A stretch of 64,000 nt of DNA from Thermoanaerobaculia bacterium (GTDB lineage: Bacteria > Acidobacteriota > Thermoanaerobaculia > Multivoradales > Multivoraceae): positions 3,520,001 to 3,584,000 of the forward strand of contig OY762911.1 of NCBI GenBank assembly GCA_963666565.1, read 5' to 3'. Position numbers and translations under genes: made by a program. Shown here one piece after another: positions 9,465 through 17,087 of the stretch (position 1 is its first letter; the number at the start of each line of letters is the position of its first letter). The notes beneath the pieces are model-generated. The model was not told where the DNA came from. It ran no database searches and saw only the letters and a program-made list of their open reading frames with translations.

Positions 9465-10534
9465 CGATTGCGCTTCTCCCAGGCCCGCACCTTGCGGTTC
9501 GCCGCGTCGAAGATGCGCTCGTAGTTGCCGATCGTCACCGCGTGCAGCGCGTTCTCGCCCAGCCGGTCCCGGAGCGGCTCGTAGTCGCGCCAGGTCTTGA
9601 GGTAGCCGTCCGGGCCGCCCGGCGCGACGGAGTCCGTGCCGAACAGGAAGCGGTCCGGGTGGCGCTCGATCAGCGCGGCCCACGCCGCGAGGGACGCCTC
9701 GTCGCGAACGATGTACTTCGCCACCTCGTCCCACGAGAGGTCGCAGTGAACGTGGGCGAACGCCTCGTCGTCGAGCATCCGTCCGAGCTGTTCCACGTGG
9801 TCGGACGGCGGCCCAACGAAGCGGCCCAGGCCGGCGTGGGCCCAGACGATCGTCGTCCGGGGATGGTCGCGCAGCAGATCCAGCATCGGCTCGAAGTGCG
9901 CCGCGGGGTCGCCCTCCGCCGGCAGCACGACGTCGACGTCGTTGTGCAGGATGACGGCCAGCCCGGCCTCGCCGGCGAAGTCCAGCACCCGGCCGAGCGC
10001 CGGGTTGCGCAGGCTGGCCATGTGTCCCAGCACCTTGGGCGACACGAACTCCTTGTGGACCGAGAACTCGCCGATGCCGGAGAACACGCCCGGATAGAGC
10101 AGCAGCACCCGGCGAATGTGGTCCGTGGCGTACATGTCGGTGGGATTGAAGCCCACGATCATCGGGTCGAAGCGCCGCTGTTGCTCCGGCGACAGCGACC
10201 GGTACTCCTCGGCGATCATCGCGTCGACGAAGGAGTAGTAGTAGAGGGCCGCGTCCGAGCGGAGGTAGTAGTCCGGCGCCCGGTCGCCCGACTCGAAGTA
10301 GTCCCACTTCTGCTGCAACGGGATGCCGAACACGGCGACGCGGCCCACCCGGTCGCCCATGATGCCGAGCATGTCCTCCAGCCCGATGCCCCGCTGGACG
10401 TAGTTCGTCAGGTGGAAGTGGACGTCGTGGAACTCGGGCTTCGCGGGAGCGTCCTGGGCGGCCGCCGCCGACCCGGCCAGCCAGAGGGCGGCGGCCAGCA
10501 GAACCGCGGCGGTCGGTCTCGGCGGATCGGGCAC
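9461..10534 (-). CDS. Secreted amidohydrolase family protein (TIM-barrel metallohydrolase)
   Basis: Signal peptide; DVHFH metal motif; GIGEFSVHKE; LHND; WAHAG; DLSW; FLFGTD. Confidence 0.8.
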   Translation of the reverse strand: MPDPPRPTAAVLLAAALWLAGSAAAAQDAPAKPEFHDVHFHLTNYVQRGIGLEDMLGIMGDRVGRVAVFGIPLQQKWDYFESGDRAPDYYLRSDAALYYYSFVDAMIAEEYRSLSPEQQRRFDPMIVGFNPTDMYATDHIRRVLLLYPGVFSGIGEFSVHKEFVSPKVLGHMASLRNPALGRVLDFAGEAGLAVILHNDVDVVLPAEGDPAAHFEPMLDLLRDHPRTTIVWAHAGLGRFVGPPSDHVEQLGRMLDDEAFAHVHCDLSWDEVAKYIVRDEASLAAWAALIERHPDRFLFGTDSVAPGGPDGYLKTWRDYEPLRDRLGENALHAVTIGNYERIFDAANRKVRAWEKRNR

Positions 10535-10745
10535 GGTCGTCTCTCGAAACGGCTATGGATGGGGCGCGGGAGCGAACCGCGAACCTACAACACCGTCCGC
10601 GCCACGTCGGGGGTGCGCCGCCTCGCTGCCCGAGCGGCCGGAGGAGCCTGAACCGGCAGCCGGCGGCCCGGCCGTGAGCCCGTCATGCTTCGGGAAGTCG
10701 GCGCCAGGTCCGTGTCCTCAAGCCCAGATCCTGCAACCCAGAGAG

Positions 10746-13700
10746 CTACACCAGCATCCGTTGACTCGGTCCGGACGCCGCGGCGCCACGGCTCTGGAGG
10801 TGGTTCTGGATCGACTCCAGGATCGCGCGTTCGTCCGAGCCTTCCGCCGCCAGTTCGATCACGGCCTGGACGACGCGGGCGAACAGTTCGTGCCGCCACA
10901 GGCCGCGTTCGGCCAGGTAGCGGTCAACGCGGCTCTGTTCGCCGGTCTTCCAGAGTTGCATCAGCCGGTGGACGCTGTCGATGAGAGGCGGCGGCGCGCC
11001 GTCGGCCGAGGGTTCGCCGAGGTCGCGGCTTCGGCGGCGGTTCCAGGGCTTGAGGCGGGCTTCCGAGGCCGAGCCGGCCGGCAACGCGGCTGCCTCTTCC
11101 CCGTCTTCCTCTTCCGCCGGGGCGGCGCGGCCGCCGCGGGCCAACAGGTCCAGACCGCCGGCGAGTTCGGCGTCCGAGAGGTTGCACGAGACTGCGTAGA
11201 GGATGCAGGCGCCCGCGGGGGCGGGGTCGAGCCCGTAGTCGTTGCGGTGCAGGAGGTAGTAGGTGGTCAGATCGTCGAGTTCGGCGGAAGCGCTCTCTTC
11301 TCCGGCCAGCAGCCGGTTGACGACGAAGCCGACGACGATGCGCCGGACCTCGCGCAGGAACTCGGCCACCGAGAGCACTTCGCTGGGAGAGTCCGCCTTC
11401 TTGACCACGGGATGGCGGCTGAAGGCCTCGAGCGCCGGGCCGGTGGCGGCCCAGACGAAGTCCGGCCCGCGGATACCGTCGTCCCAGAATCCGCGCAGGG
11501 ACTCCGTGATGTTGGCGCGCATGTCGGCGAGGACGCGCGCGTCCCAGCCCGGCCGGGCGGCCGCCGGACGGCGGCGGCAGACGAGCCAGATCGAGGAGGA
11601 CAGGGCGGCCGAGGCCAGCGACCGTTGACGGTCGAGCCGCTCGCTCTGGATCGGCCAGGAACCGCAGGCGACGAACCCGGCCCGGATCAGAGCCGAAACC
11701 AGGGTCTCCCAGGCGTCGGGTTGCTTATTGGCGAACACGATGACGAGCCGCCCGTCCGGGCGCAGCGACTCGTGGAAGCAGCGGAACGCCCGCGCCATGC
11801 CGTCCTCGTAGTTCTGCTTGGAGGCCCGCCGGTCGCCGCCGAAGCGGCTGGCGTCGTCGATCAGTTCGCCGTCGCCCCGGCCGTGCAGAGCCTCCGCGTC
11901 CCACTTCGGCCCCGCCGAAGACGCGAACACGGTGTCTGTCTCGGAAGACAGCCCCTGAAGCGCTCGGCGCAGCCAGACGTGGAAGAAGTCCATCAGGTCC
12001 GAGTACGGGATCGCGTCGTAGTAGGGAGGGTCGGTACAGATGAGGTCGATTCCCTCGCCGCGCGGTTCGAGCCGTCCGCCGCGCTCTCGGATCCCCTCGT
12101 CGCGCGGCTGGATCGCACTCTCGGCACGCACCTCCGCGCAAGGCACGCCGGCCAACGCCTGGACGGCGTGTCCCGTGTAGCGCGCCACCCAGTCCGTCAT
12201 CCCCTCGAAGCTGCCCGAGCCACCGGAGAGCGGGTTCGCTTCGCAGTAATCCCAAACGATGGGGAGCGCGAAGCGAGCGAAGGTCTGCCGCACCGTCTCG
12301 CGCGAGACCGCCCAGGAGCAGAGGGCGCTGCCGAAGTCGGCGAGCTTGCTCAACACGCACGACAGGTTGGCGCCCAACGCCTCCCGCCACTCCTCCGGGT
12401 AGTCCTCCATGTCCTCCGCCGAGTTCCGCAGCGCGCCGACAAACGTGCCAAGCGCCAGCAACTGCCGATCCGTGAACAGCTTCCGCCATCTGTCGAACCC
12501 GTAACCGTCAACCGAGAAGGCGCGCGCCGCGCCGGCGCCGCCCCTGGGCGTCCGCTCCTCCGGAAGGCCGAACGGAACCTCCGCGAACACGCGGTGCAGT
12601 TCCTCTTCGCCAACCGTTGCGGCCTCGATTTCGGCCTCCGCAGGCAGCCGGTACTCCTTGCCCCGCTGCCCATCGACGACGACGGCCGTCATCCGCTCGC
12701 CGAGCCGCCCGGCGCGCCCTTCGTTGCGCAGGTCTGCCATCGTCGCGACGCCGCCGCAGCAAGGGCACATGGCGCCGCTGCGGCTCATCGTCCCCGCGCC
12801 CAGCCGGCGGTCATGTTCGCGGCGGCTCGCCGCGTTCCCTTCGCCTTCCGCTACGTCGTGCTCCAGAGCGAAGTCGACGCCCGTGCCGTCTTCCCGCGGC
12901 GCCATCGCCAGCAGAACCCGCTTCCCCGGCTTCTTGCACAGCCAGCGCGTCTTGAGCAGCGGAATCTCGGCCCGGCAGTTGGCGCACCGAACCGTCCGCG
13001 CCCAGAGGTACGCCACCGTCGGCTTGGCGATCCAGCGCGGGTTCGCCTCATTCTCCAGATGGACGGAGTCGAACTCCGCGTTCAGTTCGGCGACCGAAAC
13101 TCTGCCGTCGGCATCCGGCTCAAGCAGTCGCGGCGTACGCGGCCGGTACCGACGGTCTGGAAGCCGCACTTCCGCAGCGCGCAGGCCCCGCCCCTTCCGC
13201 CGTACCGGCTCGAACTCAGCGTAGGTCGGATAGCGGCCAGCCAGATCCCGCCGCGCCGCGACCAGAACGCGGCGGCCCCAGGCCCGCAGATGCCAGGGAA
13301 AGCCGGCAGCAAGGGAAGGAGGCCTGTCTCCGAGCCAGTTCTCGATCGACCAGGCACTCGCTTCGGCTGCCAGGGACGACTGGACGGCCGTTCGCTCTTC
13401 CCGCCCCGCCACGGTCCCGGAGGAGCGGTCCAACAGCGCCGACCGCATCTGCAGCGGTTCGCCGTCGCCGTGGCCCAGCCGGCGCAGTTCCTCCCGCAGC
13501 GCGGCCTTCTTCGTTACCCCCTGCGACTTGAGACAGACCTCCACGAAGTCCCGGTCCCGAAGCGCAAACTCCGGCAGAAGCAGCTCCCGGCCAGCCACCA
13601 GCCGCGGATAGTGCAACGTGCAGCGCAGCACGAACCAAGCCACCGGGTTCAAGTCCGAGGCCGTCACCTCGCAGCCCAACCGCATCGCCTCCAGAGGAAT

Positions 13701-14135
13701 CGCTCCGCCGCCCGCGAACGGGTCGAGCACCCGGGGCGCCCGGCCCCCGAACGCGTCGCGAATCTCCTGCCGCAGCTTCTCGATCTCCGGGTCGCTCTCG
13801 CGCCCCCAATGGAGCACTCCGCCAGCGGTTTCGTCCCGGAACTTCCCGCCCCGCGTCTGCCGCCGGCGTACCTCCCCACCGATGCGCGTCATCAACCGCC
13901 TCCGGCCCTCCGCGTCCCCGGGGTCTGGAAGCAGCGTCGCCAGAAGCACTGCCCGACAGGCCGCAAGCGGGCGCCGCGCCGGCCAGATGTGCAGCGTCGA
14001 GATGTGCCCGTGCCGGACGTTCTTCTCATGGACCGAGTCCAGCGAGGTCTGGCGCAGCGGAAACGCCGCCTCGATCAGCCGTCTGCCGGGGGCCGCCGCG
14101 GCCTCCTCTTGGCGCGGATTCCGGTGGTCGCTCAT
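10746..14135 (-). CDS. DUF1156 domain DNA amino-methyltransferase (probably adenine-specific) with Zn ribbons
   Basis: HGHISTLHIWPARRPLAACRA (DUF1156); motif I LDPFAGGGAIPLEA; CANC and CPCC Zn knuckles; motif IV TDPPYY; SWPIQSE. Start taken at the ATG at 14135. Confidence 0.9.
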   Translation of the reverse strand: MSDHRNPRQEEAAAAPGRRLIEAAFPLRQTSLDSVHEKNVRHGHISTLHIWPARRPLAACRAVLLATLLPDPGDAEGRRRLMTRIGGEVRRRQTRGGKFRDETAGGVLHWGRESDPEIEKLRQEIRDAFGGRAPRVLDPFAGGGAIPLEAMRLGCEVTASDLNPVAWFVLRCTLHYPRLVAGRELLLPEFALRDRDFVEVCLKSQGVTKKAALREELRRLGHGDGEPLQMRSALLDRSSGTVAGREERTAVQSSLAAEASAWSIENWLGDRPPSLAAGFPWHLRAWGRRVLVAARRDLAGRYPTYAEFEPVRRKGRGLRAAEVRLPDRRYRPRTPRLLEPDADGRVSVAELNAEFDSVHLENEANPRWIAKPTVAYLWARTVRCANCRAEIPLLKTRWLCKKPGKRVLLAMAPREDGTGVDFALEHDVAEGEGNAASRREHDRRLGAGTMSRSGAMCPCCGGVATMADLRNEGRAGRLGERMTAVVVDGQRGKEYRLPAEAEIEAATVGEEELHRVFAEVPFGLPEERTPRGGAGAARAFSVDGYGFDRWRKLFTDRQLLALGTFVGALRNSAEDMEDYPEEWREALGANLSCVLSKLADFGSALCSWAVSRETVRQTFARFALPIVWDYCEANPLSGGSGSFEGMTDWVARYTGHAVQALAGVPCAEVRAESAIQPRDEGIRERGGRLEPRGEGIDLICTDPPYYDAIPYSDLMDFFHVWLRRALQGLSSETDTVFASSAGPKWDAEALHGRGDGELIDDASRFGGDRRASKQNYEDGMARAFRCFHESLRPDGRLVIVFANKQPDAWETLVSALIRAGFVACGSWPIQSERLDRQRSLASAALSSSIWLVCRRRPAAARPGWDARVLADMRANITESLRGFWDDGIRGPDFVWAATGPALEAFSRHPVVKKADSPSEVLSVAEFLREVRRIVVGFVVNRLLAGEESASAELDDLTTYYLLHRNDYGLDPAPAGACILYAVSCNLSDAELAGGLDLLARGGRAAPAEEEDGEEAAALPAGSASEARLKPWNRRRSRDLGEPSADGAPPPLIDSVHRLMQLWKTGEQSRVDRYLAERGLWRHELFARVVQAVIELAAEGSDERAILESIQNHLQSRGAAASGPSQRMLV

Positions 14136-14994
14136 CTGCAACGCTCGGGCTCCAGCGCCGAGCGGACCAGGTCGCCACCGTGGCAACCCTGGGAACACGC
14201 CTGCATCGCCGCCAATCGTAGCCGCCCCGCCGGCTGCACCCTACACACAAGTCATGCGACCCATCGGCGAGCCATCGAGCATGGACCACGCGTACCCCAA
14301 CAGGAGGGTGGAGTCGTTGCACACCGACGAAAGACCCGTATGGAGCCAGGCAGCGGGCTATCCCGTCAAGCGAACAGGACAAACGGGCAGCACCAGCCCG
14401 ACGCGGTGTAGGTTCCGCGGTCCGACTCCGCGGAGCAGGCGAACGAGCCAGCCTCGGCGCCAAGCGGATCTGCCATGCCGTCACCGGAACAGACTCAGCC
14501 GAAGCCTCCGGCCGAAGCGCGCCCGGCCCGCGGCAGGAAGGCCGACGAGAGCGCCAAGGTGCTCTTCATCGCCCCCGTGGTCGAAGACATGCTCAGGGCC
14601 ACCGCCCCGGCACTGTCCGCGGCGCTCGACCTGAAGGCAATCGCCGCATTCCCAGACGGCGCCGAGGCCGTCCGGGGTTTGCCGGACGATGTCGTGCGCG
14701 AGGTGTCGTTGTACCAGCCGCAGGCCTACATCACCCTCGACGCGGGTCCCGGTTCAACGATGGAGTGGCCTGAGGACAATCGCCTCATGGCGGCAGTCCG
14801 GCTTGTCCGCTGCCAAGCCGCGGAGGATCTGCCGGCCGTGTTCCTGAGGGAGTTCCGCCGGTTCTCGGGCGATCCGGCCCACGAATCCGTTCAGGCGAGG
14901 GATGTACGCCTGGGTCGAGGAAGCGCTGCTGGGCTCCCCGGAATCCGGTGTTACGCTTCCGCCGTTCGAGGCGCTCCAGGGCAAGGAGGAATCG

Positions 14995-15156
14995 GAGATG
15001 ACCTACCTGTTCGAGCAGCAGTTCAACGAGATGAAGGAAGAGAGCCGGCGCCGCGGCGTGGAGGAAGGGCGCGCGGAGATGACCTACGTGTTCGAGCGGC
15101 AGTTCAACGAGATGAAGGAAGAGAGCCGGTGCCGCGGCGTGGAGGAAGGCCACGTC
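14995..15156 (+). repeat. 81-bp tandem duplication (27-aa repeat EMTYxFExQFNEMKEESRxRGVEEGxx)
   Basis: Two near-identical copies beginning GAGATGACCTAC at 14995 and 15076. Confidence 0.9.
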
Positions 15157-15336
15157 GAAGGTCAACGCCAACTTCTGGTGACCTTGGCCGCCGACCGCTT
15201 CGGCGGAACGGCGGCGAACCGCGTATCGGAGGCGTTGAACGGGCAGCCCACCGACAAGCGTCTGGCGGAAGTGGGCAAGCTCATCGTCGCCTGCAAAGCG
15301 TCGGACGAGTTGCTCGATCGACTGAGCGGCCAGTAG
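14998..15336 (+). CDS. Putative independently translated Rpn C-terminal small protein (RpnS-like antitoxin), 112 aa
   Basis: Strong Shine-Dalgarno AAGGAGG at 14983-14989, 8 nt before the ATG at 14998. Extended -10-like TGTTACGCT at 14949-14957. Confidence 0.5.
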   Translation: MTYLFEQQFNEMKEESRRRGVEEGRAEMTYVFERQFNEMKEESRCRGVEEGHVEGQRQLLVTLAADRFGGTAANRVSEALNGQPTDKRLAEVGKLIVACKASDELLDRLSGQ

Positions 15337-15415
15337 GACCGGACGGAACGAAGCGGCACTCCAGAAACCCCGCCGACAGACCCCGGCAGGCCGCTCGCGT
15401 CGTCTCCGGTTCCCG

Positions 15416-16522
15416 CTACTCGAACTCGGTGCGCTTCCCCCGCCGGAACAGGTAGTTCGGGCTGACGGCCTTCAGCTTGACGCGATCCCGCGGCAGGCGC
15501 CGGTCCTGGCGCTCTTCCGTGGGCACGATGACGATGCCTTCGCGCATGTGGCTTCCCGACAGGGTGTCGGGGCCGTCGCGGTGCTCGAGGACCAGGTCCT
15601 CGCTGAACGGCGCCACGGCGAGTTCGGGCACGCGGTCCACGCCCCACTCGTCGGTGATCCGGCGGAGCGCTTCGTAGTCCAGGAAGGCGCCGGTCGGCGG
15701 CGGCCCGAGGAACACGTCGAAGACGCGCAGCAACGGCGTCTGGAGGCCGTAGTGAAGATCCTGGACGCCGCGGCCGAAGATCTCGGCCATGACGTGGACA
15801 GGGCCTCTCGCCGACTCCTCCACCCGGCGCCAGACGCCGGTGTCCCGCAACTGCTGTTTCCAGGTTCTGAGGTAGAGGTTGTTGTCGTTCTCCTCCACGT
15901 CCTTGAACGCCAGGCCCTTGGCGCCCAGTCCCTTGGACGCCACGAGGACCGAACCGTTCGGCAGGTCGTCCGGGAGCGAGGCCTTGTCCGGCGGCGGAAC
16001 GTAGCTGAAGCAGGCGTAGGTCCCGTGCAGCTTCTCCGTCACGACCACGGTCTCTCCGGGCACAAGCGCGTCCGGGAACTTCTGGATGTTCTCGATGTCG
16101 TAGGAGACGAGGAAGCCCGCGACGTTCGAGACCTGGCCCGACATCGAGGTCGGGACTTTCGGCACGTACTTCACGATGCCGTACTCCTCGGCGAGATCCG
16201 CGCCCACTTCCGCGTCCGCCTCCGGTTCGAACACGAGGCCCTGCGAGAGCTCGCCGCGCAGCCGGATCGGACGCACGCGGTCGCCCCCCTTGCCGCCCAG
16301 GCGGCCCTTGCCGGCCTCCTCGTCCCAGAGGTTCATCCGCCGCAGCAGCGGCTCCGGCACGATGGCGTTTTCGGGAATGTAGGCGACCCGCTGGCCGCTC
16401 CTGTACCTCCCCCTGGGGACGACCGAGCGAAAGCCGCCGACCCGGGCGAGTTCCAGCCGGTCCGCGTTGGGGTGCTCCTCGACCGCGTCGAGCAGCACCA
16501 CGGGCACCTCGAACACGCTCAT
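15416..16522 (-). CDS. ATP-dependent RNA ligase, DRB0094 (Rnl5-like) family
   Basis: N-terminal HPNADRLE...VAYIPENAIVP and RLRGELSQGL; nucleotidyltransferase motifs TEKLHGT (I), EIFG (III), FDV (IIIa), REGIV (IV), LKAVS (V). The start ATG at 16522 overlaps the upstream stop. Confidence 0.88.
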   Translation of the reverse strand: MSVFEVPVVLLDAVEEHPNADRLELARVGGFRSVVPRGRYRSGQRVAYIPENAIVPEPLLRRMNLWDEEAGKGRLGGKGGDRVRPIRLRGELSQGLVFEPEADAEVGADLAEEYGIVKYVPKVPTSMSGQVSNVAGFLVSYDIENIQKFPDALVPGETVVVTEKLHGTYACFSYVPPPDKASLPDDLPNGSVLVASKGLGAKGLAFKDVEENDNNLYLRTWKQQLRDTGVWRRVEESARGPVHVMAEIFGRGVQDLHYGLQTPLLRVFDVFLGPPPTGAFLDYEALRRITDEWGVDRVPELAVAPFSEDLVLEHRDGPDTLSGSHMREGIVIVPTEERQDRRLPRDRVKLKAVSPNYLFRRGKRTEFE

Positions 16523-17058
16523 GGCGCGCCTCCCCCGGGAGCGCCGGGGAGCGCGCCGGCGGCGGGCGGGGCAACCCGCGGCCCGCCAGGCGGCGGCTCG
16601 CCGGTTGCGCCGGCGGCCGGGAGGGTCCAACAGCCCCCTCCGCCGCGGGAAGCCGGCGCCCGCGCCGGCGACGCCGCGATCCGGTTCCTGTCCGCGAGCT
16701 TGAGCGGCACGGACGGCGCCTTGTTCAGACGCTGGTTCGCCGGATCCACCTCGACTCCGAGCGACTCCAGCGCGGTCACGCCGAGCAGCGGTTCGGCGTC
16801 GTCCGGGCCGAAGACGACGGTGCTGCCGACGAGGTCGCCCAACAACTCCAACTGGGCCACGGCCACGTCCATCTCGAGTTGCCTGCCGTCGGCCAGGCTG
16901 TAGGTGCGCCGGCCCTGGGGCCTCAGCCCGATGGACTCCAGCCGCCGCTTCGGCACGAGCGGGTCGATCGCTCCCGTGTCGACCAGGAACTCGCCCTCCC
17001 AGCACCGCTCGGCATCGGCCGGATTGCGGACCGTGACCCGCAGATGCGTCAATCCCAT
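16519..17058 (-). CDS. Clan AA (retropepsin-like) aspartic protease
   Basis: FLVDTGA catalytic motif, YSLADGR flap, [24 protein letters not shown] before the ATG at 17058; an alternative ATG at 17091 overlaps the helicase stop. Low-complexity C-terminal tail of about 55 aa. Confidence 0.8.
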   Translation of the reverse strand: MGLTHLRVTVRNPADAERCWEGEFLVDTGAIDPLVPKRRLESIGLRPQGRRTYSLADGRQLEMDVAVAQLELLGDLVGSTVVFGPDDAEPLLGVTALESLGVEVDPANQRLNKAPSVPLKLADRNRIAASPARAPASRGGGGCWTLPAAGATGEPPPGGPRVAPPAAGALPGAPGGGAP

Positions 17059-17087
17059 ATCCCCTGTCTCCCTTCTCTTCGTCGGTC

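Larger units (their letters stand above)
14475..15336 (+). pseudogene. Rpn family (recombination-promoting nuclease / Transposase_31-like) remnant with catalytic core deleted and a frameshift
   Basis: Rpn-like N-terminus (DESAKVLF..VVEDMLR...LDL) joined directly to a YQPQAYITLD...DNRL segment, with no PD-(D/E)XK core in between. Frameshift near 14887 into a C-terminus with GVEEG..EGQRQLL...RFG...ELLDRL. Confidence 0.6.

Noticed and set aside
9465-10307. Apparent N-terminal extension of DUF499 (and similar extensions of the DUF1501, actF, pyrB, HAD and cytochrome c-monooxygenase ORFs)
   Set aside because: The extensions overlap genuine upstream genes in another frame and are low-complexity; conserved sequence begins at the downstream starts used above. 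They are not fusions.
10660-10690. Minus-strand ATGACGGGCTCACGGCC (MTGSRP) resembling the DUF499 start MTGSGLRP, a possible insertion scar
   Set aside because: Nucleotide similarity is too low and too short to distinguish from chance.
14200-14470. Lower-GC intergenic region between the methyltransferase and the Rpn remnant, considered as an ncRNA or small gene
   Set aside because: No convincing ORF, repeat or recognisable RNA structure by eye; probably divergent promoters or decayed sequence.
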